This document shows positions 11,823 to 23,758 of a stretch of DNA of 64,000 nucleotides, one piece after another. How positions within the stretch are numbered: position 1 is the first letter of the stretch; the number at the start of each line of letters is the position of its first letter. Source of the DNA: Anthoceros angustus (Eukaryota; Plantae; Anthocerotophyta). The DNA lies in assembly GCA_010909165.1 (NCBI GenBank), contig MU008159.1, positions 930,001 through 994,000 of the forward strand. The letters are read 5' to 3'. A program made the position numbers and the translations under genes. The notes under the pieces were generated by a model. That model ran no database searches and was not told the origin of the DNA. It was given only the letters and a program-made list of their open reading frames with translations.

Positions 11823-12357
11823 TGTAGACATGCACCGGCGCTCACATGTCTTGATGCTCACCGATTCGAGAAAATTAAAGGGCTGCCCTACGGGCTGCCT
11901 AGAGCTGATAAGTCCCGAACACGCACATTACACACATTGCCACAATCTTGAGCAGCGCATACACACAATAGGTCTTTGCATTCTGACCTAGAAATTGACA
12001 ACAACAAAATTGCGTGTGTTGTTAGCGTTCCTCCTAGGGACTTGACAAGCGCCTTCCACCGCCGCCTTGGTCTTGTGCTCCGCAACCACCTTGCGTCGGG
12101 ATACCGATGAGCACCACACTCTTGGTGCGGCATCCTCTTGGATTGGAGTGATCATATGCTTTCTCCCACGCGGTGTGTGAGAGGAGACTGGCCCAAGCTT
12201 GGCCATTTTGCGGGTTATTTCCGACTTTCTGTTTAAGGGCATTTTAGTAATTATCGGTACCAACGATTAAACTAAGCTAACAAAACCTACTTGCTAAGCC
12301 CTAGCTTCTAAAGTTAGTTCCTAACATCGGTTTCCGTCATGCTCGACAATGTCAACA
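11823..12357 (-). repeat. 5' LTR of the DNMT-Gypsy element (~535 bp)
   Basis: Bounded by imperfect inverted termini TGTAGACA...TGTCAACA; matches 340-835; host gag resumes at 12358. Confidence 0.85.
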
Positions 12358-13283
12358 TCTTTGGAACTTTGCGGGAGTATGTGAGTGAGTTTAGCTCTAT
12401 TGTCTTGCAATGTCCGGAGATGCATAGCGGGACAAACTCCACAAGTTTATCAACGGCCTTAAGAGATGGGCTCAAAATAGGATAGCTTTGACTAATCCTC
12501 AAGCGTTGCAAGAGGTATGGCGGCGGATGCCATACGGATATGTTTATTCAAGAGGCACGGTATCAAGAGGAAGATATCCTGGGTCTCAGGGTAGATCTAG
12601 AGGCAGAGGACGAGCTACCACCACTGTGAATAGTGGAACCAATGAGACTACTGGCAGAGGCCGAGCTAGAGGAGATAACAGGGGTCGTGGAAGATGACGA
12701 ACAGTGCCTAGCTCAGGTGTGTGTTACAGTTGCGGAGAACAGGGACACTTTGTTAGGAATTGTCCACATGTTGGAGCTCCCAACTTGAATTTGCTTCTTT
12801 GCCAATCCACTGTTCCAAGAGCCGAGATTCAAGAACTACGAGGAGCCTGATGCAGGGGCCACATGTTGTGAAGACATGTGGTGAGTCATCTAGTGTCGAG
12901 GATGACACTATAATGAGGAAAGGTGGAGATCTCATGTATATATGTGGAAGATGAATGGCTTAGATGTAGAGTTGTTGTTGGATTCTGCACCACCCACAAT
13001 TTTATAACTCCTAGTAAGGCAAGAGAGCTTGGTCTTGAATGGTGAAACTTCCGCCATATGGAATCAAGCAAGCTAAAGGGACTCTGCAATTTAAAATGGT
13101 GCATGGAGTAAAGCTGCAAGTTGAAGCATGGCAAGGAAATGTGAGTTTCACGATCGTCGAAATGGATGACCATGATATCATCTTAGGCACAGGTGGATGA
13201 GATCAATGAAGTATATATGGATGTTAAGTCTGCACTATTGAGATATCCGGAAGCACAAGGTGAGTTGTGCTAGTGTTAGCCAG
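12358..13283 (+). pseudogene. Host chromovirus gag (3' part), CCHC zinc knuckle and aspartic protease
   Basis: DKLHKFINGLK, RG-rich linker, CYSCGEQGHFVRNC at 12722-12763, NGLDVELLLDS..THNFI near 12955-13005, MDDHDIILG. Confidence 0.88.
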
Positions 13284-14548
13284 GAAGAACACGATATCTT
13301 TCGAAGGGGTGAATATTCACGAAGAGGGTTTGACATATATCTTGAAGGGGTTTCACATGGGTCTTGAGCTGGTGGTTTTGAGGTATGAATGAATATAAAG
13401 GCGAAAAGAAGGGTGGAAATTCACGTGAACCCGGTGATACAAGGTCCATTTCATGCAGTGAAGGGGTTATGGTGCAAGAGGTAACCCTATTTGGGGTGCA
13501 TTTAAGACCCATGACAAGGGCCATTCTTTGGTCCTGCGGGTCTTTCTCGCTTTAACAACCCTAAAGATTAATAAAAAGCACGGTGATCAAAATTGGATGA
13601 GAGGCGAACCGTGATGGCGGGAGCAAAGCATGTCGAGGAGTAGGGCGCCGTGCGCTCTTTTCCCAACATTGCGATGATGCCTTGCGGTAGCGAGCCCATA
13701 GCGGGATGTGTGTACAAAAGACTTTGGGTGTGGGGTGGGTGGGTGGCTTCACACACCCTCAATTGTGCCCATAAATATAATCACATGGTTGATCCACAGG
13801 GCAATCGATGAATGAAGAAAAGTGTGACAGCGGTTCCCAACATATCGCAGAAAAACATGCCAGAGGCTCATCGTGTGTTACTGTTAGTATGCCGCAATGC
13901 CGAGCGCAACTACCACCTCCCACATGTCCTTCCGCATGTAATGGAAAAAGGCTTGAACATTGGAAGTTATTAAGCATGGGAAGTCTACAACGGCACCTGG
14001 AGAGCAGCAAATTCCTATCATGGGCCTAGACTCTTTTGAAATATGTCTGCGCTTGAAAATGTGCACTCCAAACTACGAGAATTGAGCTTCACGCATAACC
14101 TCACCAATTGCGTTGAAGATGACCTAACATTGAGGGTTTCCTACTCTCGACTCCACGCCATCATCTGCTACACGACATCATGACCATCATCTTCACTATC
14201 CTCGGTGGCACTTTGACTCGCTGGTTGAATAAAGCCTCGCAATTCAATTAAGTTATTCTTGATTGCCTTCTTATCCACAACAGACAAATGTTTCCGCCGT
14301 CAAGTTGAACTCATAATAGAGGATGACCGTTTGGTGAACAAAAACCTCTACTTACACAGTCTATTTCACGATCTCAAAGTAATGCTATGCTTCACGTTTT
14401 GGCACTGAACATGCCCATATATTCTTGAGCAGTGCACATAGTACGATGCGAATGAATGAATGAAAATAGGTCCATAGGTGTTTTGAAAATGTGTGCAACC
14501 ATGGCATGAGAGGAGTTTCAATATACACATCCATAAAGAGCACAAGGC

Positions 14549-14694
14549 TCCTTCCCAACAAGCCTTGTACATGGGCGGCCGGCGCCCTTCCCAACAAGCC
14601 TTGTACATGGGCGCCGGCCGGCGCCCTTCCCAACAAGCCTTGTACATGGGCGCCGGCCGGCCGGCGCCCTTCCCAACAAGCCTTGTACATGGGC
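14549..14694. repeat. Minisatellite, 4 copies of a ~36-43 bp unit
   Basis: Core CCTTCCCAACAAGCCTTGTACATGGGC joined by palindromic (GCCG)n linkers of increasing length. Confidence 0.95.
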
Positions 14695-14771
14695 TGCCAT
14701 TGATAAAATAAATAATTAGTGCTTCTAATGTATTTCAATCTAGGATAGTTACTCAAGTGGTTTGGCTCAAT

Positions 14772-14992
14772 TGGCGGAGGCGGAGGCGGGCAGTGCAGTG
14801 TAAGTGCAGGCGGGCGGAGGCAGGCGGGCAGTGCGGGCGGGCGGAGGCGGAGGCGGAGGCGGGCGGTGGGGAGGCAGTGCGGGCGGGCGGAGGCGGTGCG
14901 TGTAAGTGCGGGCGGGCGGAGGCGGTGAGGCGGTGCGGGCGGAGGCGGTGCGGGCGGGCGGGCGGAGGCGGAGGCGGGCGGAGGCGGCGGGC
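14772..14992 (+). repeat. GC-rich (GGCGGA/GGCG)n low-complexity tract in the LINE 5' UTR
   Basis: Read directly; interspersed GTGTAAGTGC and GTGCGGGCGG units. Confidence 0.85.
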
Positions 14993-15249
14993 CTCCCGTT
15001 TTGTAGCGGGCGCCGCACGGGATCTGGAGTGAAAGGTGCGGTGGTGTGGCAGGGGTTCTTTTAGGTCCTACTGCAGGGGTTTCGGCCTTGGGGCTCTTGC
15101 CCCAGTGTCTTGTAGAACTGCAGGCCAAAGTGCAGTAATTGGGCAACTTGCTTATGGCGCTAATCTCTCTTTCGGTGTTCTACTACGGTATTTTGTGGCG
15201 GTAATGGCTCCAAATGGATGGCCTTAAAGCGTCCTCTCTTGAATCTAAG

Positions 15250-16150
15250 GTGCAATATGACATGGCGGATCCGTTCTCGTGGTTCATAGTCTTGAGGCGG
15301 GTGACTCTCGTTTTGGAGGACAAATACTTTCTTTCATGGAGTCTCACATTATCTTGGAGGCTAGACTCAAGATTTCTCTGAAGCACTCGGATCTATCGAT
15401 AGGTTTGAGGCCCTCCATGACCAATGATTCCCTCCTCAATGAATTACGGCAAACACAGTGATGTTTTGAGCCTTGAATGGGAACACCTTATTGCGACTTC
15501 TCTAGACACTTTCCGCATGGATATGACCCAAAGATGCCGATCTTGACATCTCTTAAGGAGCTCACAGGGAAGATTTGAGCGTTAATATGATCTCTAAGCA
15601 CGTTGAGCTGACCACAATTCCACACTCTACTCCGCCACCACGTTTGACCTACGGCCTTTTGGAGAAGGTTGAAATTATTGAAGACAAATTAACTTCTATC
15701 CGTCTTGGCATGTCCAAGAATGATGAGGTTATTCAAGAATTGCGGATAGGCCCCTGCCCCCACGACCCGATCTTTTGCCGTCACACGCGGCGAACTCGCC
15801 ATCACATCGCTACCATTTGAGTCCGCGATCGCGATAAGCGATCTCGAAACCTCCGACATGTGGATATCGGGAACTACTCCAGAAAGTCTTGTAAGGGTTT
15901 TGGTGATGTTATCAAGGTCGATGTTCGGTTCCAACACGCTTGGAGAGTGGGTAAGGACCATTCTCGATCCCCACTTATATTGTGCGTTTTTACTCTTGAG
16001 GACAGTTGTGCGTGTGTTACGTGCACGCACAAACTTGAAAGGCCAAGATATATTTGTCAACCGACCTTACTCTCTCCAATGGGAGCAAGAAGCAATTGTT
16101 GCTTGGTAGAAGAAGGCAAAATCGGAGGGTATGGTGGCTTATTTCATTGA
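15250..16150 (+). CDS. LINE ORF1 (frameshifted)
   Basis: Coiled-coil-like LLEKVEIIEDKLTSI, then AWRVGK..VLRARTNLKGQDIFVN.DLTLLQ, a typical LINE ORF1 C-terminal signature. Confidence 0.65.
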
Positions 16151-16209
16151 TGACCTAGTTATACGGGAACCCAAGGCGCGCGCATGTCCGTAGGGATGCG
16201 GGGCCCGTG

Positions 16210-19200
16210 ATGGCATCCTCCGCTGGCTTCTTGGAATTACAGCGGATCTATCAATCTACACCTGGCGGAATGCTTGATCTCCTCACGGGCGGGATTGCGG
16301 GATATTGTGTTTCTATCGAGACTCATGAGCATCATACCCGCCCCTTAGGCCGTTCTCCGGATATTCATGTTTTCTACCTTTAGACACCATGTCTCCGGCA
16401 ACTCTCCCAAGGCTTTGGGTATTGCTTGCTATTTTGAGTCCTTGACTCCTTTTATCTCCTTATTCGTCATGAGCTTAGCTCTCCTCCGGGTTCAATTGCC
16501 GCTCTCTTCTCTTCTCACCGTGACTTATATGTTGGCGTCACATTCCTCCAAGGTCCTCCAAATATGCTCGGTAATCCATATGCGGATCTCTCGAGTCCAT
16601 CTCCGAGTTTTCCCCTATTCGATATTCTTCTCGTTGGGGACTTCAACGCTTGGACCGGCTGTCAACAAGCTGCTATCTATGATTCCTTGGATTTCGACAA
16701 AATTTCTCACCGGATCCTCCGACCTCGGGCTCGATCGGTCTTCTCGATACCCATCCACTAAATTCCTATGGTGTTGCCCTTTACGTCTTGCTGAATCCCA
16801 CAACATGGTCATTTTCAACGGACTCCCCCGTTGGCCGGACAGCGCAGGTAATTCTTTCTTCAGCAGTGATGGTTCCTCTTCTAGCAGGTTGGATTATGTT
16901 ATTGGTGACGTCGGCCTTCTCTCGCGTATTTCAAGGCTCTGGACTCTGGACTCCACATGTTTGGAGTCTGACCATGCTGCTGATTGTTTTGATCTTTGTT
17001 CCTCCGCCCCCTCGGGATCCCCCCCCTCCTGTCTCTCCACAGTTCACCTTTCCACAAGACCTTGTACCCCAATTTTCCAGCTTGCTCCGCTCCTCCCTTG
17101 CTTCCATTCCCCCCACCCTCCCCTTTTCTTGCCGCGCTGCCACTTCCGCCTCTGCTGTTCTAACCTCTGCCCGCTCCACTTTTCCTTTCAAATTTTGCCA
17201 TCCTCCCCGTGCAAACCAACCCCCCCGCCATCCCTGGTTTGATGCGGATTGTAAGCGCATGCGCTCTCAATTGCATCTCACTTTGCGCCAACTTAATCTC
17301 CTCCGGATCCCATCATTCCGCTCTTTACAAAGCCACCGGCCTTACAAAGCCTTCATCTCCATGAAAAGTCCCAATTCATCCAATTTGAACACACCGTCTT
17401 ATCTCTGCTTGAGCGTCCCGGTGGCTCGCCTTTTGGAAGGAATTCCACACGCTCACCCATTCTTCTCAAAGCCACTCTGAACTCCTCTCCTATGTTCATA
17501 GTCTTTACCACATCCCTCGCCCTCCACCTTTGATTCCTCGATCCTGGTCTCGGGTTTTCACGCCAATCTGTTGCCCGTTATCAGGAAGCTCAAGTGGTAC
17601 GACTCACCCTAATGGTATCCACAGGGATTTATTCCGGTTTCGACTCTACCTCCTTCTCCTCGCATCTTGCCTCTGCTTTAATGATGCTTTGTCTTTCGGT
17701 TTCTGATCCTTGGTGTGAGAATGATATCCACTCCATTCTCAAGGTGGCGACCCTTATCTCCTTCTAATTACCGATTTATCACCGTGGAGTCTATCTATGC
17801 TAAGATCTTTAGCTCTAGTTTGGAGATCTTGACTACTTCTGGTGAGGAGGCTAAGGTGCGTGCTCGGGGCCAAGCCGGTTTCGCCCGGTCGAATACTTTG
17901 GATCATCTTTTACCCTCCGGGCTATTGTTGAAGGGGCTCGACATCGAAGAAGCACGCCATCGTTGTTTTGTTGACTTTAAGCGTGCTTTCAACTCATGCC
18001 TTGGGATAAGTTGTTTTGAGACTTCAATCTCTTAAGATGCCTCCTCATTTGTGGCATCTGCTACCCTTCTCTACAAGGGTCTTTGCTCGAATCAAGACTC
18101 CCGTGGTTTGTCTTCCCACGGATCCCTATCCAACTTGGCGTTCGCGAGGCGACCCTTTGTCCCCAAATCTCTTTGGGTTGTATATTGATGAGCTTGAGGA
18201 ATGGCTTCTTCGATCGCGACCACGGTGCTCGGCTATTTGGAAAGTATTCCTATCCTCCTATATCACGGATGATATTGTTCTTTATCTCATTCCGAGGGCC
18301 TGCAAAAGCAATGGATGTTTTATCCCTTTTTGTAAAACCAAGGGTCTCTTTGTCAATCTGCAAGACCAAGATTATGCGGTTCAACACTCGGGATTACAAG
18401 GGTGATTGCAAATTTTATTATGATGGTCGGGAGGTGGAGATGGTTCGATCCTATACTTATCTGGTATCACTATTTTCGGTCCTAAATTTGGACCTCCTCT
18501 GCCTCCTCCGCTACCAAGGGGATGGGCTCTGTCATGCTGCGTTCTTTTATACAGGATGAATCTTGAGGATATCAATCTTGAGCATGCTCAACACTATGGT
18601 AATTCCCTCCGCCTTGTATGGCGCTGAAATTTGGGGCCCGGATCTTTCCCCTTCTTCTTGGGCGAAGGTGGAAAGGGTTCAATCTTCCTTTCTCCGCGCT
18701 CACATTGCTTGTAAGCGTTCGACTCCATTACCCATCCTCCTTTCTGAATTTGCAGCCTTTCCCCTCGAACTTGATGGCCTTTTTCGTCTCTCATCCTTTC
18801 TTTACCGCCTCCACCTCCTTGATATTGCTAATCCCATTTTGGATCCCCCTTACCTCCTCCTTGCCTTTAGGTCCTCCGCCTCCTGGCTCAATCTTGACCC
18901 ACAAGCTTCTTTGGCTTTCTCAAGCCGCCAACCGGCTTAGAAGATTCGAGTTTGAACCTTTTCGACTCCGCTTGGCCCTCTCCTCCTCCCAACTCCCCTT
19001 TCTCACATCCCCCAACCACTCCATTCGCGGGGCCCTTAAATTAAGATACCTTCGCCTCACCTCCTGGTCCCCTCTTTCCTTTTCCCCTCTCACTTCTAGA
19101 CTCCGCTTTTACAAAGGCGAGCTCGAGTTAATCCTCCCTCAGTAAATTTCCTACCCCGCCTGCTACCCCCCCTTTCCTTCAAACTCCGCACACTCATAGG

Positions 19201-19420
19201 TCAATTTCGTGTTAGCTCCACCACCTCCGGATTGAGACCGACTGCTGGCTCAAGCCTACCCCTCCCCAAGACGATAGGATGCAAGCTTTGCTCCTTGGAT
19301 CCCGAATCAATCACACTTCCTCTTTTATTGTCCCTGCCGATATTCGGTCTCGTTACTCTCTTCTTTGAATGCTGCTTCCGGCATTTTTCTTTCCACATTC
19401 CTAGGCTCTGGACTATGTCT
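16210..19420 (+). CDS. LINE ORF2: AP endonuclease, RT and C-terminal CCHC region (frameshifted)
   Basis: ILLVGDFNAWTG, HNMVIFNG, SRLDYVI, ESDH; PWFDADC; GQAGF..TLDHL..CFVDFKRAF; GDPLSPNLFGLYIDEL; YITDDIVL; ALYGAEIWG; QFRVSS.HLRIET..CKLCS. Confidence 0.9.
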
Positions 19421-19621
19421 CTCTGAGCTTCTTGATCTTGGCAGTCCTTGTTGGACTCCTTGTAGTCTTGCCTTCTTTTACGCTTCCCTCATACAGTCTG
19501 CTTCTCTAGTTCAGACGACGTAAGTGTACTCGGTTTTAAACCTCTTTTCTGTTTACTCTACTGTCCCATGATGGTTCTTCCATCCTTAGTGGACATAAAT
19601 AAAGTTGTTGTTGTTGTTGTT

Positions 19622-19675
19622 GTTTGGAAACAATATGTGCATGAATAGGTCATGGGTTCAAGTCCTGTGAGGCGT
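19622..19675 (+). promoter_or_regulatory. B-box half of a tRNA-like Pol III motif; the A-box-like half lies at 14749-14760 on the other side of the LINE
   Basis: GGTTCAAGTCC at 19655-65 and TTACTCAAGTGG at 14749-60; about 33 nt apart once the LINE is removed. Confidence 0.55.
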
Positions 19676-20390
19676 GAAAAACTTCTTGTTGATTTTATGG
19701 GCGCATGGGCACGGCCATTTAAAACGCTAGCATGCCCTCTATTGAGGTGACTTGAGGTGTGCGGGATATATTCCACAAGCGGATCCATGGGTATGAGGTT
19801 TTGCGGATGTTGTGAAGAATTGACATTAGAGGCCCACCGGAGGGCTTGCGCAGTGCAGGCAAAGGAGGTGTGTATCAACGAGAAGGACTCTTTGAAAGCG
19901 CAGTGGTTTCTTTGAATGCTCGTCGGTGAAGACCAAGGGGAGGGTGAGCGAAGACTCAAGGGCTTTGGGCGAGCGATAGCTTTGATGAAGGGGAACTGGA
20001 GCGATTCGGGAAATTTGGTCATCGTGATGGATTGAGTCGCTCTAGCACCCGATGAGTCCTGTTAGTCATAGAGTAGGTTTACGGTTACAGACACCTAGAT
20101 GTGCTTCTTCTACGTATTCGTAATAACTTTTGGACCCGTTGTAGTGAGGCAATTGATGATCTCATTTCCCTCTTCCTCAAAAACAAAGCGAAGGCGCCGG
20201 CCGGCGGCGCCTTCCCTAATTGTTGTCTTTGTGTGTTGGAAGCGGGTTTTCATGATAACTACTCGTTGGAAAAGCGGTCGACCTTTCTTGAAAGCGAGGC
20301 AAAGCATATTTGTGGACGGTGGAATGTGCTAAGAGGTTTCCATATCACGAAGGGGTTGGATATTCACCCCTTGAAGATATCGTGTTGAAG

Positions 20391-23300
20391 CTTGAGACTT
20401 CATCAAGACAGTAATTTCAAAGAGAGCTTAAGAAGGATCTCGGGAAAAGAAGGAGCTATACTTAGTTGTACTCCAAGGACTAGAGGATGGTCTAGAAGAA
20501 GATTCCACAGTGAAAGACATCCCAAAGAAGTACAAGCATACCGATGAGTTCAAGGATTTGATGCCGAAGAGTTGCCACCATTGCCGCCTCGCAGTAGTAG
20601 ATCATGAGATTGACTTGAAGCCGAGTCGCCTCCTTCAAGAGCACCGTATAGATTGTCACTGGATGAGTTGCAAGAGCTCAAGCGACAACTATCTAACCTG
20701 TTGGCAAAGGGATATGTCAGAGTTTCTAAGTCTCCTTTTGGTGCGCCTGTATTGTTCACGCGCAAAAAGAATGGAGGACTTAGATTGTGTCTGGATTACA
20801 GAGCTCTGAATCAGATTACAATCAAGAATGCATATCCTTTGCCTAGAATGGATGATATGTTCGACAGGTTGAAGGGTGCCAAGTATTTCACCAAGCTGGA
20901 TCTGATGGCAGGGTACTATCAGATCAGGATTGCTGAGGGGCATGAGTACAAAACAGCTTGTAGGACCAGGTATGGGGCTTTTGAATTTCTGGTCATGCCA
21001 TTTGGACTTACTAATGCACCTGCCACATTTCAGACACTTATGAATACTATATTCATAGATCTCGTGGACAAGTGTGTTGTAATCTATCCTGGATGACATT
21101 TTGATCTTTAGCCATACCTTGAGGAACATCTTGAACACTTAAGAGAAGTGTTACAAAAGCTAAGAGAGAATTCTTTGTTCTTGGCAATCAAGAAGTGTGA
21201 TTTTGTCAAGACAGATTCCATTCTTAGGTTTTATTGTCTCTGCCGAGGGCATGTGGATGGATCCCGATAAAGTTAAAGCCATTCAAGATTGGCAGCCTCG
21301 GAACATTCATGAGGTACGGAGCTTTATGGGGCTGCATGTGGAGGTTTGTACATATGTTTGCTAAGATAGCAGCCCCATAACCGACCTCTTGAAGACATCA
21401 AAAGCTTGGAAGTGGGATGCTGATTGTCACAAACCTTTGAATACTTGAAGAGAAGTTGAGTACTACTCCGTGTTGGGAATGTATGACCCCAAGAAAGATG
21501 TAGAAGTGTATTGTGATGCCTCGGACATGGCTATAGGTGGAGTTTTGATGCAGGACCAAAAGCCGTTAGCTTTTGAGTCAAGGAAGTTGCATCCTTATGA
21601 GATGAAGTATCCCACCTATGAGAAGGAAATGATCGCCATCCAATTCTTTGTAAAGGCTTGGAGGCACTATCTCTTGGGTAGGTCTTTTGTCAGACATCGA
21701 TAATATCAAGACAATACTTCTCCAACCAGTTGAAGTTGAATGTGAGACAAGCTAGATGGCGGGTACTATCGGATCGATTCTTGAGGGCATGAGTACAAAA
21801 GCGACTTGTAGGACCGGTGTATGGGGCTTTTGAATTTGGTCATGCCATTTGGACTTACTAATGCACCACATTTCGGTTATGAATACTATATTCATAGATC
21901 CGTGGACAAGTGTGTTGTAATCTATCCGGATGACATTTTGATCTTTAGCCATACCTTGGAGGAACATCTTGAACACTTAAGAGAAGTGTTACAAAGCTAA
22001 GAGAGAATTCTTTGTTCTTGGCAATCAAAGTGTGATTTCGTCAAGACAGAGATTCCATTCTTAGGTTTTATTGTCTGCCGAGGGCATCAGGATGGATCCT
22101 GATAAAGTTAAAGCCATTCAAGATTGGCAGCCCCCTCGGAACATTCATGAGGTACGGAGCTTTATGGGTTTGGCTTCTGTATACAGGAGGTTTGTACATA
22201 TGTTTGCTAAGATAGCAGCCCCCATAACTGACCTCTTGAAGACATCAAAAGCTTGGAAGTGGGATGCTGATTGTCAAGCAGCCTTTGAATACTTGAAAGA
22301 GAAGTTGAGTACTACTCCGGTGTTGGGAATGTATGACCCCAAGAAAGATGTAGAAGTGTATTGTGATGCCTCGGACATGGCTATAGGTGGAGTTTTGATG
22401 GGACCAAAAGCCGTTAGCTTTTGAGTCAAGGAAGTTGCATCCTTATGAGATGAAGTATCCCACCTATGAGAAGGAAATGACTGCTGTCATCCGTCTAAAG
22501 GCTTGGAGGCACTATCTCTTGGGTAGGTCTTTTGTGCTGTATACTGATAATATCAGTACAACATACTTCTCCAACCAGTTGAAGTTGAATGTGAGACAAG
22601 CTAGATGGCAGGATTTCCTAGCTATGTATGATGTGACTCTGAAATACAAACCTGGAAAGGAGAATAAGGTTGCAGATGCGTTGAGTCGCAAAGCAGTCAA
22701 GGACAAGGCAATGGCAAGTGTGATTGAGCTGGATACTCACAAAGAGATTAAGGAAGCTTATCTGCAAGATCCTGAAGTGCAGGACTGGATGAATGGGGTG
22801 GCAGAGAAAGGAAGCAAGTTCAAACTCAGAGATGGTTTGTTGATATACAAACAGAAGAGAGTTGTGATTCCTAACTCTGTAGGCTTGAAGAAGAAGTTAC
22901 TTGCTGAATGTCATGATGTGCCAAGTGCTGGTCACCGTGGAGGTGATTCAACTTATGAGAAGTTGAAGAAGCTGTTTTACTGGCGAGGAATGTATCAAGA
23001 TACATTAGACTATGTCAAGGCATGTGCTGTTTGTCAGCAGGATAATGTAGAACAGGCTAAACCAAGAGGTTTGTTACAGCCCCTACCTATTCCAAGAGGG
23101 CCAGGGACATACTAAAGGATGTAGTATCCATGCTAAACGCTGAAGTTTTCGATACTACCACTGGAGATCCACGCCAATTTGTTGAGCAGTTGAAGGCTAG
23201 GCATGAGGTTGCCAAAAAGATATTAGCCAAGGCTCAAGCACGTCAGAAGAGTTGGCTTCAATGTTGGGGATAAGGTTTGGGTGAAATTGAAGCATTTCAC

Positions 23301-23688
23301 ACTGCCCCAGGGTTTGTCTCTAAAGTTGAGGCCGAAGTATGGAGGTCCTTATGTTGTCCTGAAGCGCATTGGAGAAGTGGCTTATAAGTTGGACTTGCCT
23401 GACTGGATTTTTGCACACAATGTGTTTCATGTATCAATGCTGAAGCCATTTGTGCCAGGCAAGGAGAAAGAGGACATGGACAGGAAGAAGTACAGTATCC
23501 TCGTGCAGCATTATCAAGGACTGCGGGAGATTGAAGAATTCCTTGCAGAAGGTAGCGTGGCTACGAGACGTGGAACTCTACCACAATACATGGTAAAGTT
23601 GCGTGGGATCTCAATACCAGTTTGGGTAACATTAGAGGATATCCAGAAAGGCTCCTGGATGATTGCTCGTTACGCTGGTTATCACTGA
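20391..23688 (+). pseudogene. Host chromovirus pol: RT, RNase H, integrase with its catalytic core deleted, chromodomain; 0.85-kb internal duplication
   Basis: [25 protein letters not shown]; [14 protein letters not shown]; HDVPSAGHRG..CAVCQ; jump from LQPLPIPRGP to the post-core helix at ~23105; PKYGGPY; IEEFLAE..YMVKLRG..VWVTLED. Confidence 0.93.
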
Positions 23689-23758
23689 GGGCAGTGATTC
23701 TTCCTAGTGGGGGAGGAAGTAACAAAGGCTCGAGTGCTTGGTAAGAAAGCTCCATCTT

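Larger units (their letters stand above)
340..12357 (-). mobile_element. Ty3/Gypsy LTR retrotransposon encoding gag, protease, C5 DNA methyltransferase, RT, RNase H, integrase and PHD finger; two internal tandem duplications
   Basis: Direct repeats ~340-835 and 11823-12357. Domain order on the minus strand is gag(CCHC)-PR-DNMT-RT-RH-INT-PHD; RT-RH-INT order is Gypsy-type. Left boundary is scrambled, so no TSD could be read. Confidence 0.9.
14766..19624 (+). mobile_element. Apparently full-length non-LTR retrotransposon, RTEX-like
   Basis: GC-rich 5' end, ORF1, ORF2 (APE-RT-CCHC), AATAAA at 19598 then (GTT)7 tail; GTTTGG at both ends (14760-65, 19622-27) as the likely TSD. Clade assignment is inferred from motifs. 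Confidence 0.88.
13288..20386. mobile_element. TIR DNA transposon (~2.2 kb without the nested LINE), probably non-autonomous; superfamily unresolved
   Basis: TIRs AACACGATATCTTTCGAAGGGGTGAATAT / ATATTCACCCCTTGAAGATATCGTGTT; GAAG on both flanks (13284-87, 20387-90); subterminal GAAGGGGT repeats; host pol continues on both sides. Confidence 0.8.

Noticed and set aside
11988-12263. Conserved 90-aa ORF also present at 491-763
   Set aside because: Both copies lie in the LTRs, so conservation is trivial; non-ATG start and no recognisable domain.
14549-14694. CRISPR-like repeat with palindromic parts
   Set aside because: Linkers are short (GCCG)n variants rather than spacers; ordinary minisatellite.
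14385-15146. 253-aa Pro/Ala-rich ORF (extensin-like)
   Set aside because: Antisense translation of the GC-rich LINE 5' repeat plus the minisatellite; it crosses the LINE boundary.
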